Below, piece after piece: positions 13,170-26,759 of a DNA stretch of 64,000 nt. Origin of the DNA: Octopus bimaculoides. Taxonomy: Eukaryota. Every line of letters begins with the position of its first letter. Positions within the stretch are counted from its first letter, which is position 1. The notes beneath the pieces were generated by a model. The model saw nothing but the letters and a program-made list of their open reading frames with translations, had not been told where the DNA came from and made no database searches. Location of the stretch: positions 22,925,601 through 22,989,600 of the forward strand of contig NC_068981.1 in NCBI RefSeq assembly GCF_001194135.2, given 5' to 3'. The translations under genes were made by a program, and so were the position numbers.

Positions 13170-13479
13170 GGCTCATGTCAACACAAAGGAGATACACATT
13201 TAAAAATTATATTACAATTAATAAGAGGAATGACCACTAAAGTGGATTCCTATATACTAAACATAGACGTCAAATCGCCTTACCACAAAGAGTATGTTCT
13301 CAAGAAAAAATCTCAGCAAACACCAGAATGTAAAAATAAGCAAGACATTTTTCTTGCTTATTTATACATTCTGGTGTTTGCTGAGATTTTTTTCTTGAGA
13401 ACACACTCTTTGTGGTAAGGCGATTTGACGTCTATGTTTAGCATATAGGAATCCACTTTAGTGGTCATTCCTCTTATTA

Positions 13480-13510
<31 letters not shown>

Positions 13511-13573
13511 GATAGATAGATAGATGAACAGAAAGATAGATATATGTGTATCTCCTTTGTGTTGACCTGAGCC
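13170..13573. repeat. Long inverted repeat / foldback element
   Basis: 13170-13345 is the reverse complement of 13352-13573 apart from a few substitutions and a TA/GATA expansion in the right arm; 6-nt loop. Confidence 0.92.
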
Positions 13574-13835
13574 CATTAATTGAAAACAAGTTATCACCAT
13601 GGCTATGATGCTCCCCAACTACTTTTACTCATGATCAGAGATGCACATATCATCAGCCACCAAGGGACATGCTCAACTGGTGAAGGTCAAACAACTGACA
13701 AGCAAATCTGTGGTACTGAGCAGAATATTTGCTGTTGCCCATCTTTTATACCAAAACAAAACAATGTACATAATAACACTTCCAATCAATCAAGATCAGA
13801 AGCCATGAGACCCACTGCCTGGTACTACACCAGGG

Positions 13836-13889
<54 letters not shown>

Positions 13890-13890
<1 letters not shown>

Positions 13891-14100
13891 TGGCAAGCTG
13901 GCAGAATCATTAGCATAACAAGTGAAATGCTTAGTGGCATTTTGTCCGTCTTTACTTTCTAAGTTCAAATTCCACCAGGATTGACTTCGCCTTTCATCCT
14001 GTCGGGGTTGATAAATTAGTGAAATACAGGGGTCGATGTAATTAACTAGTCCCCTTCCCCAAATTCCAGGCCTTGTGCCTATAGTAGAAAGGATTATTAC
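13890..14100 (+). mobile_element. Family B SINE copy
   Basis: ggcaagctggcagaatcattagc...aagttcaaattccacc...ggccttgtgcctatagtagaaaggattatt, following an (ATT)n tract. Confidence 0.8.
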
Positions 14101-14109
14101 TATTTTTAT

Positions 14110-14590
14110 TTCTTTTTATGGCATGTTTTGTCGGGACTCCTGGAGTCTTACATGCATAGTGGGCTAGCTATCTAATACTTTCCTGATTATTTTGGCCACG
14201 CCAAAGAGGCAAACCTTTTGTAATAGTTCTACTGGGCACTCTATTCCAGTTTCCTTTATATTCACCTTCTTCATTTTCCATAGCCAGGCTATTTCATATT
14301 TAAGAGGGTTGTATTTATCTATGTTTTTGCCTTCCTTCTTGACTATTTGTGGGTCAAAGGGGCATGAAACATCAACTATATAGCATATGTGGTGCATCTT
14401 ATCCACCACCACTTGGTCTGGTCTGTTATGCTCTAGCACCTGATCTGTTTGTATTAGGAATTCTCCGAGCCTGCCACTCTCTGCGGCTTGTGCTCACACC
14501 ATGTCTTGCCTCTCTCCAGCCCCCATGTTTCACACAGTTTCTAATGTAGCATTTTCACTACCTGATTATGTTACCACAACTTGTAGTGGT
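14110..14590 (-). mobile_element. 5'-truncated non-LTR retrotransposon with a restriction-like endonuclease (R4/Dong-like), degenerate
   Basis: Minus frames give HNQVVKMLH*KLCETWGLERGKTWCEHKP, LEHNRPDQVVVDK...CYIVDVSCPFD...KYNPLKYEIAWLWKMKKV and ELLQKVCLFGVAKIIRKVLDS*: the RHN/RPD/D-x-P/K-Y motifs of RLE-type elements. The short 3' UTR ends in a TAA-like tail. Confidence 0.8.
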
Positions 14591-15115
14591 TTAGGGCAAG
14601 TCTAGGGCCTTGTGCCTGTTGTAGAAAGCATTATTATTATTATTATTATCATTATTATTGTTGTTATTGTTACTATTATTATTACTATATGTAATGTGCC
14701 TGTAGTTGCTTTCTTTTGTTCTTACTTATTGATACGCATACACATTTATTTATCTTTTTATATTCTATGCTCTACGAGACTCACTGTGACTACATATTAC
14801 CATGAAATTTTGATGGACAGTTTTATTTCTAAATCACCTTAAAAGATGAAGTTTGTATCAAAGAATCAGGGAGTCTCAGATGGTTTGGTATCAAAAGGAT
14901 TAAAGACAAATATCTGTGATAGGCAGAGTTAATTTTATAACAACTAGACTAGTTGATCTAGCTAGTTTCTGTATATAAGAGTTTTCATAACTTTATACTT
15001 TTAACCAATTTAGTTCTTTATAATTTGACATAAAAAAAACATCATTTGTCATTGATTCCATTGGTATCTTACAGGTTTTCTTGCTATCCATTCTATAAAT
15101 TTCATTTGTTGTCAC

Positions 15116-15152
<37 letters not shown>

Positions 15153-15519
15153 NNNNNNNNNNNNNNNNNNNNNNNNNNNNNNNNNNNNNNNNNNNNNNNN
15201 NNNNNNNNNNNNNNNNNNNNNNNNNNNNNNNNNNNNNNNNNNNNNNNNNNNNNNNNNNNNNNNNNNNNNNNNNNNNNNNNNNNNNNNNNNNNNNNNNNNN
15301 NNNNNNNNNNNNNNNNNNNNNNNNNNNNNNNNNNNNNNNNNNNNNNNNNNNNNNNNNNNNNNNNNNNNNNNNNNNNNNNNNNNNNNNNNNNNNNNATATA
15401 TATATATATATATATATATAACATTTATCTTTTTGTCTATTAGGACTATTTTGGCAATGTTTTATGGCCAAATACCTTTCCTGATGCTAACCATTTTGGT
15501 TATACCTTTGAACACCTGG

Positions 15520-16618
15520 AATATTGTAGGTGTGTCAGGTTTTTGAGGTCATTTCTATGAATTTAAAAAAAAAGACACTGGAAACAAACTGATACAAATA
15601 ATCTTGAGAATTCTTTTATCAAACCTATTCAATGAATCTGCCATTAACACCAATAGCTGCTTCAATACACGAACAAATCAAATAGTCTTTATCACTTTTT
15701 TGGACATAGCGCTTTTTATGGGAGACTTGAGAGATTGTATAATGTTATGGGAGTGTCGATTGACCTCCGTCTTGACTATGCCCCTTATGTAATAGTCCAG
15801 TGGATTGAGGTCTGGTGAGTTAAGAGGCTGTGTCTGGGAGAACATGATCATGGAGATTGGCACATATCCACCTCGAATTGTCCTACCTTTATGAAATGGT
15901 GCAGTCTTGTTGGAAGACGTAAAGTCTTCTGTTCTATACTTTGTCTATCCAGGGCCTCATAACTTTTTCCAACATCTCTGTGTAAACAGTGACATTGACT
16001 GCTAAGCCCCATGCATGACTGTTGGAACCTCATTCAGGTCTCTTGCATAACCTTCTGTCATTCCTTTAGTTTACCTTTTGGTCCTGATTGAAGTTTTTCT
16101 TATCAGAGAAACACCAAAGCATTCCAGCCTCTTGCTGTTTAACGAGCGCTTTGCACAGCTTGAACAATTCACTCTTGTCACATCTGACATAGATTGAAAC
16201 CTTTGCATCACATGAGTCTTGTATCGGATGTCCTCATGCACAAGTCTACCAAGGATGCATTCTGAGACCTTGAGGTCTTTCATAATGGCTCTGATTGACT
16301 TTCCCAGGCTTTATCAATTATTTCCTGGACTTTCTGCACAAAGTCACATGTTCGGATGCTATTAGAACCCTGTGCATGCATTTTGCGACTAGCTGCTGAT
16401 ATTGGATCCCTATCAGCAGCTTCCAGCTTCTTTCAAACTTTCACAATCCTTCTCTGTATTACTATGTGGCTATTTTGAGGCAATGATTACAGCGTGACTT
16501 TTTATTTGCTGAGTCAACCCAATATCTGACATTATTTAAAAAGTAACATTTAAAAAAATGTAAGAAGAAAGTTAGAGCTCTTGAAAGGGGTTTCCTAAAA
16601 GAAAATAATGCACCCTGT
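15520..16618 (-). mobile_element. Decayed Tc1/mariner-type DNA transposon
   Basis: Frameshifted fragments LKVSECILGRLVHEDIRYK (HTH region), SDEK-like motif near 16100 and NSPDLNPLDYYIRGIV...SLKSPIKSAM (DDD domain C-terminus). Terminus TA-CAGGGTG at ~16618. Left boundary approximate. Confidence 0.8.
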
Positions 16619-17516
16619 ACGTGATGTTTCAACTAAACCCATATTTCAATGAGCTGGTCAAATACACTATTCAAACTGGTCAAAAACACTATTCAAACTG
16701 GTCAAAGTTTGGATAATGTATTCAGGAGTCTCACTATCATTTCGGTACAAGCATATCAAATATGAAGTTTAAATAATGTAGTAAACATACTTCCAAAAAA
16801 TGATTTAACCTTTTTGCTATCAGAAACACACAGCCTTTGTTTCAGTTAATTTTGAAAATAGTGAAGAATTTGCTAAAATAACTGTCATAATTAAGTTGGT
16901 CTTTGGAACATGAATTAACATAAAATTTTCATGGAAGGTTTCAATTTTGATCTCTTTAAAACAGTAAGTTTGTGTCATAGAACCAGGAGTAGTCTCAATC
17001 AGGTTGGTATCAAAAGGGTATCACCAATGATTTAACAGAAGTTTTGAGGGATCTTCTTTGCAATCACCCTACCTGCTGAAATAGCAATGAATCTCCCAAA
17101 AATTACACCTTACATTTTAACAGGGAAAGACATTTTGGATAATGTGGTACTAGAACTACTGTCTGAATAAAAAAAAATAGGATCACTTTTGCTGAAATTC
17201 TTTTGATTATAGTCTGAGTAAATCAGAAAGACCTTGACTTTACTCAATGCAACAACGTTTTAGATAACTACAGTTAAGATTTCAAGCACATTTTGACAAG
17301 ATTTCAAATTATTGCCCACAGTGATACAGAGATAACTCTCCTTTTATGGTAACAAGGGACAATGAATTTAAAGCAAAGAAATAAAATATTACTTTTTGTT
17401 TTTTGATAATTTTTTTTTTTACAGTGTTCCTTCTCAATCTCCTTGTTCTGTAAATTTCTTTATGCAGATATTCTTCTTAGCAGAGAATACAGGTGTGTAT
17501 GCCTGTGTGTGTATAC

Positions 17517-17563
<47 letters not shown>

Positions 17564-17683
17564 CATACGTACACACACACACATTCACACACAGAAATAC
17601 ACAGCCCTATCTATGCAGGTTTTCAAGGGGGTGGGTTTCCCCTCTTATGTACAGCTATCTTTAATGGTTGTTTTGTGCTTCAG

Positions 17684-17902
17684 CATCAACTTCCACCTCC
17701 TCCACCTCACCATCTTCGTCAGTTGTCACGACAGCCTGCTCGATGCCGCCGGCCAATCTCTTCGGCCTTGGCACTGACGTCGGCATCAGCAAGCCAGAGG
17801 AACAGTCGTGGTAGCCACTACAGACATTCGGATGAGACTTGTTCAGTCAATAGCTTCAAATACCAATCTTACCAAACCAACACAGAAAACAGACCAAAAG
17901 GT
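17684..17902 (+). CDS. GRIP1: GRIP-like linker exon (Pro/Ser-rich)
   Basis: Acceptor ttgttttgtgcttcag|CAT, donor GGT|gtaagc. 73 open codons HQLPPPPPHHLRQLSRQPARCRRPISS...NRPKG, with coding-like GC content. Phase 0/0 fits both neighbours. Confidence 0.75.
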
Positions 17903-18278
17903 GTAAGCATTGGTAATCTTTAGCATATTGAGAATCTTCAGTAATTAGATGCTAAAAGACTGCTTCCATTGTTTTGTTCTCTAACATTTACTACACTCAC
18001 ATTTTGGACTTTGGCACCAGTAAATGACTTTGGATTTGCCCCTATTTTGCTGCCAAATTGTTCAATTGTTCATGTTTAGTCAATTAACCAAGTAATTAGT
18101 TTTTCTTCCTATGCTGGTTGGTTGTTTTTAATTTCTTTTTTAACTTTGCGCTGCATCCTTCACAAGAAAAAATAAAACAACTTGTATACTTCTTCTTAGC
18201 ATGCATGTGATAATGTTACAGTTCCACATTAATAGATTGTGTATGTGTGTAATATATATATATATATATATATATATA

Positions 18279-19160
18279 NNNNNNNNNNNNNNNNNNNNNN
18301 NNNNNNNNNNNNNNNNNNNNNNNNNNNNNNNNNNNNNNNNNNNNNNNNNNNNNNNNNNNNNNNNNNNNNNNNNNNNNNNNNNNNNNNNNNNNNNNNNNNN
18401 NNNNNNNNNNNNNNNNNNNNNNNNNNNNNNNNNNNNNNNNNNNNNNNNNNNNNNNNNNNNNNNNNNNNNNNNNNNNNNNNNNNNNNNNNNNNNNNNNNNN
18501 NNNNNNNNNNNNNNNNNNNNNNNNNNNNNNNNNNNNNNNNNNNNNNNNNNNNNNNNNNNNNNNNNNNNNNNNNNNNNNNNNNNNNNNNNNNNNNNNNNNN
18601 NNNNNNNNNNNNNNNNNNNNNNNNNNNNNNNNNNNNNNNNNNNNNNNNNNNNNNNNNNNNNNNNNNNNNNNNNNNNNNNNNNNNNNNNNNNNNNNNNNNN
18701 NNNNNNNNNNNNNNNNNNNNNNNNNNNNNNNNNNNNNNNNNNNNNNNNNNNNNNNNNNNNNNNNNNNNNNNNNNNNNNNNNNNNNNNNNNNNNNNNNNNN
18801 NNNNNNNNNNNNNNNNNNNNNNNNNNNNNNNNNNNNNNNNNNNNNNNNNNNNNNNNNNNNNNNNNNNNNNNNNNNNNNNNNNNNNNNNNNNNNNNNNNNN
18901 NNNNNNNNNNNNNNNNNNNNNNNNNNNNNNNNNNNNNNNNNNNNNNNNNNNNNNNNNNNNNNNNNNNNNNNNNNNNNNNNNNNNNNNNNNNNNNNNNNNN
19001 NNNNNNNNNNNNNNNNNNNNNNNNNNNNNNNNNNNNNNNNNNNNNNNNNNNNNNNNNNNNNNNNNNNNNNNNNNNNNNNNNNNNNNNNNNNNNNNNNNNN
19101 NNNNNNNNNNNNNNNNNNNNNNNNNNNNNNNNNNNNNNNNNNNNNNNNNNNNNNNNNNNN
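18279..19160. other. Assembly gap (largest of 11)
   Basis: N runs at 444-571, 7148-7298, 12910-12919, 15153-15395, 18279-19160, 21302-21517, 33872-34573, 35217-35226, 39258-39283, 49731-49740, 55426-55838. Several abut microsatellites and could hide exons. Confidence 0.99.
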
Positions 19161-19429
19161 ATATAGAAAAATTAATAATTAAAAGCACAATAAATAAGTA
19201 TAATATAAAACAAAGTAAATATCATAAGATAAAGATAGTATCTTTATCTTATGATATTTACTTTGTTTTATATTATACTCATTTATTGTGCTTTTAATTA
19301 TTAATTTTTCTATATGTGATAGTGGATTTTCATTGATGAGTTCTTGAAACTTGGTTCTTTTCCCTAAAACTATATATTTTTATATATATATATAATGTGT
19401 GATAATAGTTATCATGATGATGTCAAGAA

Positions 19430-20720
19430 TATACATCTCATTGGTGTTGTGACTAGTGCATGTCTTGGTGGAGTCGAGAGAAGGAAAGACAAGTGGATAG
19501 GAATACTTGAATAAAACCGGCATGAACCCAGCCAGCTCCAAGAAGCTGATGTAGCGACAGAAAAGGCAGGCAGAGGAGACAGCATACTTATGGGCCGAAA
19601 GATGGAGGATATTTGTGAGTAACCTTATAGCTATTAGTGTACTGGCCCTTTTCTAGATGCTGTCGAGGAAGTTTGTATGCAACAGCAGTAGGACCATCTC
19701 AGATGTGAAACAAATATTCCATTGTGCATCTTGCAAGTGCGTTTTAGTGAACCAATGATTTTTAAGGACTGAAGCATCTTCTGGCTCTAAAGAGAAAAAC
19801 CAGTTATTGGGATGCAATTCTAGCTTTGTAAATGATGTGCTTTTATTAAGAGATATCCTCAGTATTAGTGAAAACCGAGTGCTACTCATGATTAAATGGA
19901 GTGTGGTGGAATATTGTTTTCTTGATATGAGCAGCATATGTATTTTCTTGCTGTTGAGAGGAACAAGGCTGACATATCCCTTTGAAGGGTATACTTTCAA
20001 GGTCTTCGTATGTGCTAAGTCATGTGGTGTTCAAGATGTGAATGGATGATGTATGGTTAGCGAGTGTTAGAGAGGAATGGAAAGTTGAATCATTACATAA
20101 AACTGTGTGTCACTGAGTGTGGTTGCAAGTAAGACATTGAAGTATGAAGTATGGAAGTATGAAACTGGAGACAGAACCAGACCCCGAGGCATATCAGGGT
20201 TTATAGAATGAGCAACAGAATGAACTCCATCGTTACATCCGGTAATAATATATTTTGATGGGAAACTCATTTCAAGAGATGAGAGATGGATGGTGTCCTA
20301 AACAGGAAGTTTTGATTAGACATGATCAAAAGCTTTGCTGATGTTGAGGGCATCAACATTGCTTTCACCACATTCCTCCACAATGAGAGCTCACTACTGC
20401 ATAAGCCACATATAGAGATATGTAGATCACTAGTGAATTTGGCTTTACAGAAACCATACTGGTAGTTATTAATGAGAGAGAGACTCAAGGCAGTAGAGGA
20501 CATCTTTAATGGCTGTCTCCATTCGCTTAGATCTGTTAGAATTGAATGCAATTGGGTGATAGTTGGCAGGGTCAGAGAGGTAGTTTTTCATGGAGATGTG
20601 ATACAGTGTAGCATGTTCCCAAATATCTGGGTAGATCCTAGTAAAGAGAGATATATTGAAATGGTCGATAAGTATAGGGGCTAGCTGTAGGCACAGTGTG
20701 TAAAGTGGATGGACGAGACA
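19430..20720 (-). mobile_element. Decayed CR1/L2/Jockey-group LINE reverse-transcriptase remnant
   Basis: Minus frames contain NNYQYGFCKAKFTSDL (QYGFR..ST.D), INPDMPRGLVLSP (GVPQGSVLSP) and downstream post-RT homology, broken by frameshifts. Confidence 0.75.
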
Positions 20721-22574
20721 CCATCAGGACTGGTGGTCTTGTCTTGAAGTGACCAAAATTACTTTCATACTTTGTGTGTGTGTGCAAAGGGATAGACTGA
20801 AGGAGTACAACAGTATGGAATTGCCTCCAGGCCATTTGCCAAGTGTGTACGATAGGGAGTCAGTTGCAAAGCAGGCAGCAAAGGTGAAAGCTTTCTCTGC
20901 TGAAAAACTACATACAGAAGCATCATTGTCATGAAATTGAAGGAAAGAGAACTCTGCAACACTGACAGGAATCTTGTTTTGGCTCGGGACCAAAATGATT
21001 ATTGGAGCCTAGAAGGTGGGACAACTTAAGAGTTGTTTAATGCACATATATGTGTATGCAAGCATGCACGCACACACATGCACACGCACACACACGCACA
21101 CACACTCTCTCTCTCTCTCACACTCACTCACTCACTCACTCACTGACAGCTTCTTTTCAGTTTCTGAATATCAAATTCACTCACAAGGTTTTGATTGGTA
21201 CTTACCAAAGATGTCACACCATTGAATTGATGCTGAAACCATATGGTTGGGAAGTGAAATTCTCAACTACACAGTCATAAGATATATGATGATATATAAG
21301 ANNNNNNNNNNNNNNNNNNNNNNNNNNNNNNNNNNNNNNNNNNNNNNNNNNNNNNNNNNNNNNNNNNNNNNNNNNNNNNNNNNNNNNNNNNNNNNNNNNN
21401 NNNNNNNNNNNNNNNNNNNNNNNNNNNNNNNNNNNNNNNNNNNNNNNNNNNNNNNNNNNNNNNNNNNNNNNNNNNNNNNNNNNNNNNNNNNNNNNNNNNN
21501 NNNNNNNNNNNNNNNNNAGCATGGAAAGTGGATGTTAAACGATGATGATGATGATGATGATATATATGTGTGTGTGTATGTAACTATATGCCTGTTTTAT
21601 ATTAGTCTTTTCATGCTGTCATGGGTTAGAAGAATACCTATTGTGGTATTGTTTGAAGAGCCAAATGCCCTTCCTGCAACCAACACTGAACAGTTTTTCA
21701 ATTAAGGGATTTTTCTTTCCACTTAGCTTTGAAATCAGTGAGCTTATGGATGATCAGGGTAATTGTTACAAACAACAAGTTAGCAGCTCAATGCTTTTTG
21801 CCATACAGGATACAAACATTGACATAACCTTACTCATGTGCACACACACTCACACAAAGAAGTTTGCCTTAATAGCCATATGGTTTCAGATTGAAACTCA
21901 TTGTGCATTACTTTGGGCGAGTGTCTTCTGCTATAGTTAGGTCAGGTAAAGCCTTGAGAGTGGATTTGGTAGTTGAAAAGTGAAAGACGCTCATTGTATG
22001 TACGTTTATCTGTTTGTGCATATGTGTGTGTGAGGATTTATGACTCATTGTCATGACATGAGGCGCTAGTTGTAAACAACTGGCACTATCATACATGTGG
22101 TGTTTCATTTGCAGTCTTCTATGAAATCATGCCAGGCTATTATGCTGTTCATCTTTGTAGAAGAACCAGATCAGGTATGGAGACATGCATTAGTGCAGTG
22201 TACTGCGGAATCTACCATTTGTCAGTATTTGCTAGGGTTATCCTGGGCAACTCTTTGAGTAGTGTTCTCATTGGTCCTTGTCACTGCAAGATACTTCCTC
22301 ATCCCACATGACCATGTGGTTTGTGAATAAGCAACATGAGCAATCACCCTAGCTGGATCCTCAGAGGAGAGGAAAACATGGGAAATATTACCTTATATGG
22401 AAATAGGTTGGTGACAAGAAGGGCATCTGGTAGTAGAAAATCTACCTCAAGAAATTTCATTTGATCCATGCAGACATGGAAAAATGGATGTTAAGATGAG
22501 TGTGTGTGTATATGTATTACATCCACATATATATACACACACATGTAACATCAGGTGGGAGTTTGTATGTATTT

Positions 22575-22677
<103 letters not shown>

Positions 22678-23706
22678 CAGTATCAAATAAGAAAATAGTT
22701 CACAAATGTTAGTTCACATCAGTTGTAGTTATTCCTTAACCAAAGATGTGGTGGCAGAACAATCATTGCTTAAATGGCTGCCTGGATGCTTGCTGAAGAA
22801 AACTTCTCTCCTCCTAATTGTGTGGCAGGACCCACAGGAACCACACTCATCTCTTCCATTGAATGGATAATAACATTTATGTATACGTTTTTATTTTATG
22901 AGAGAGAGAGAGAGAGAGAGGTGGAACAGAGGTATGGATGTAATTAAAAAGTAATCACTAGTAAACAATATAAATAACAAAATCTAAAGGTTTCCTTGAC
23001 AGAAAGGAAACTCCACTCCACACACAGTACACTCTCATTCTCTCTCTCTTTCTTTCTCTCTCTCACATACACATACACACACACACGTAATATTAATTTA
23101 TATTAATGAATATGAGATAATTATTACTGCTAATATGCTGTCATTCTGAAATTGTATCTTTAATCTGCTCCATATCTTCTGACCAAATAATACTTTACAT
23201 CTAGCCAATCAGCATGCTCCTTTTTACCTCTCACTTTTATGTAAACACCATCTGCATTCAACTAGATTGAGACATGTTTGTTTATATAATAGTGGTTAGA
23301 TTAGATTAGCATTAACTAATGCCAATCCAATCAAACTTCAAGAATTTTGCTATCATGTTTTATTAAGAACTATTTCAATAAATTTTGCTTTCATGCTCTG
23401 TTACATGTGTAAACAAAAAATGTGGCACTTTTCATCAGGGGTCTTGTAGCATATTGTCGTATTGCCTACTCTGTTGGAAAAGTCCAGAAAATTACCACAT
23501 TTACAACAGTAAATCTCATAAAATTATAAAATATTTTGATGTATCATTGCTAAATCACAAACAAATTATTTAGGCAAAAATAACTCACCAGAGACATATA
23601 TTAATAGAGATTTAATATACATATACTATATTGAAAATAAAATTTCTAAATTCAATCTTAAGAATTTCTAATTGAGGATTTTATTAAGGAAACTATTAGA
23701 TACATA

Positions 23707-23998
23707 CTGTGGTGGACTGGGTCTAAAAATATTGGTTGCCAGAAGACTAAGGGGGACCACCCATAACTACAATGCTATCATTTAATTTTTTTTTTTTTTT
23801 TAAAGTATTCTTTTGAACTGTCTACAAACACAGCCAGGCTGAAATAATTAATGCTTTCTTCTAGGAGTGAATAAAAAATTCTCAAACTTGAGGGGATGGG
23901 CCTCTTAAATACTAACATGGCCCCCCATATATGGATTCTAATGGCTCAGGGGCCCACTTGCCATTGAGCAAGCTTGCAACCTGGCCAGTCTGCCACTG
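23707..23998. mobile_element. hAT-type MITE with 8-bp TSD
   Basis: TIRs CtGTGGtGGACTGG / CCAGTCtGCCACTG; TSD GATACATA at 23699-23706 and 23999-24006. Confidence 0.85.
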
Positions 23999-24391
23999 GA
24001 TACATATTCCTGATTATCAGGAAATACAGATTTAATTTCATTAGTTTTGCATCCAATTTACTGAAGAGAATGCTGTAAAAATATTATCAGCCAAGATATA
24101 TATATATATATATATATATATAACAATTACAGCATGGACGCATATTAGCCATTCAAAGACTTAATTTCACTTAAGTAGTTGCAGTATCAGTGGCCAGATT
24201 ACATTTGGTGTGATGAAAATTCTGACATCAAATTATGTTTTTAGCAAAATTAACAGTCTTTGTATGTTTTGCAATAGCCAGTATGTGTTTTCCATTCTTA
24301 AATTGTATTAGTTTCAACATATGGTCTTAGATCAAATCACTTGCTTGACAAGTGCAAGACCTATAAATATATATATATATATATATATTTT

Positions 24392-24620
24392 CAGGGTGGC
24401 CCAAAAGTAGGTTTACAGTTTTTCAACTATCTCTTTTGCATTCATATATTAACAGTTTAGATCTTAATTATAAAAAAAAAGATATGAAACCATTATTCTA
24501 TGTTAATTTTTCCAGCTCCCTTTTCAGTTTGTAAGATAGAAATTTAAATGTAATAAAATGTTTTAAAAGAAATTTGAAGTGCCTCTGAGATAACTGTAAG
24601 CCTAATTTTGGGCCACCCTG
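24392..24620. mobile_element. Tc1/mariner-type MITE
   Basis: TIRs CAGGGTGGCCCAAAAGTAGGTTTACAGTT / AACTGTAAGCCTAATTTTGGGCCACCCTG; TA on the right flank. Confidence 0.85.
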
Positions 24621-24740
24621 TATATGTGTCATTTAATGAATACATGACATACTAAGTTTCTGACATATTTTGCATTAATCAGTGGAGTTTGCGTTGCATA
24701 CTATGTATAGACCTGCAATCATTCAAGCTCAAATGAGTGA

Positions 24741-24774
<34 letters not shown>

Positions 24775-26759
24775 CACCCACACCCACACACAGAAAAAAA
24801 AATGAAATGAGAAAAATTACAACAAAAAACGAGAAGATACTATTAAGGAACAATTTAAGGGAAGTGGGAATAAAGTTATGGTTCTTAAACTTGTTAAATG
24901 AAGAATATTGTTAATTTTGTGTTTATATCTAAAAAAAAAAACTATGCCTAGTGAGGGTAGTCAAATAGGAGGGAAGCTAGCGTGCATTAAACTGAGTACC
25001 TAATCCATCTTCCAGTTCAATAACAGGTACTTGTTGAGATGCACACATCTTGTAAAAATTTCTAATCTCAAGTTTAGAATGTTGCTGCAGTTTTTCAGTC
25101 TAATAAGGTTGTGTTTACTTTTGGCTATAAAAACCTGCACTTTTTTTACTTATTAATATATAGCCTAGATCGCTATGATGCTCCACCTAATGATATGTGG
25201 TATACTGCTGTTTTTGAGGGCCCAGTTATAGCTAATTAGCTTTGTGCTTTTCTTTTCTCCAATGTACTTGAAAAAAAAAACTGGTGGTTGGCATATCTTG
25301 TTTGGAAGTCACTTTCACAAAGGCCAGTGTATTTAAATTCATGGAATAGAGGGGACTTCAGCTTTGTAGATGCTTGTGCTAGCCATGCATGCCTGGTTTA
25401 GTGGGCAAGTATCTGGATTGTTCCTGCAGTCTTGGTTAGCTTATGTGAAATGATGTTTTCTATACTGGACTGCAGCTGTAGGAAACTTTCAAGGAACATC
25501 TATTGAAGATTTTATTTATTGTTGTTATAGTAGAAGGCTGCTTTAATGAAAAATCTTTTTAGATGAAGAGGTTAGAGTTCCTATTACTAAGGTTTTTAAG
25601 GATGAAAGGAGTGGCAAGTTTGTTTGTATACCTAGGTTTTGATTTGATTTATGGGAGGCCTTGTAAGTGTTAAAATCTGAGTATAGGGAAGCATCTAAGA
25701 GGTTTTATGATATTTTCTTTTCATAATTTTTTCTCTTCCTCAAGTAGCCATGTCATTTAAATCTGCACATTGGTCAGTTCATGTGCTGTATACTATACAG
25801 CCTGTATGGTTATTGCACTATCCAAACATGAAACTTGAAATAGCTAATGTGTTACTCCTGTACTCATTAAATATTTACCTCTCTTTGAATTGAGTACCAT
25901 TTTGCATCCAGCCAGAGCAAATCTGCCTCACCTCAATAAACTCCATCCAACCCATGCAAGCATGGGAAAGTTGACATTAAAATGATGATGATATATTATT
26001 CATTCTAGGTCATTTCTATTGCTGTCCATCGCCTGCTCATGCCTGTGTCTCACTCATCCTGATCTTTGTCCACCTCTGCTATTGCCAGATAGAAGAGTGG
26101 CAAGGTTATTTGTTTACATGCTAATGATAAGAATCCTGCCTTTCACATCATACATTCCTTCTTATTCCTCTTTGATCCAAAACTTTTAGGTTATTGAGTA
26201 CTCTCTATATTTCCTGTGTACAAGCTACCGCCTCTCCTCTTGAGGTGTTTCCACAATCGAAAGCTGATGAATTTTGCTACTTCTAGAGGGACTAGTGAGC
26301 ATGACAACCTCTCTTGAGTGGTGCCAAGGAGATATATCTTGTACACACTGATGAGCAGAGAAAGCATAGGGCTGTGCAGTCCTTATAGTTACCTGTTTGC
26401 TGACAACTGTTCACCTTCTCTTGTGCCATGAGAAAATGAACCCGATACACACTGTAAAGTGGTTGGCATTAGGAGGAGTAGCCAGCCAGAGAAACTAAGC
26501 CAAATGACATATATGAGCTTCTGCCTTTAGGAGCAGTGGCTCCTAATAATTGATGATTTAAGCTATGATGACGCATCCAACTCATACCAGTATGAAAAGC
26601 GAATGTAAAATGATGATGATGACGATGTGTGTATATATATAAAGCAATGTATATTTTTCAAGTGACCACAGCCAAGGTATATTTTACAATACTATGCCAG
26701 GAATCTGTCCCACATTAATATGGGAGATCTTTGATTTCATGGTGTGTCTCGGCCAATAA

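Noticed and set aside
16654-16706. 22-bp direct repeat (ctggtcaaa(t/a)acactattcaaa x2), and a similar ~21-bp repeat near 1080-1120
   Set aside because: Ordinary slippage duplications with no further structure.
17396-17683. N-terminal part of the 175-aa ORF
   Set aside because: Intronic microsatellite read-through; only 17684-17902 looks exonic.
18201-19297. Long ORFs of 250-359 aa (also 33638-34717, 55257-55907, 14993-15546, 7095-7438)
   Set aside because: They run through N gaps, so the lack of stops is an artefact.
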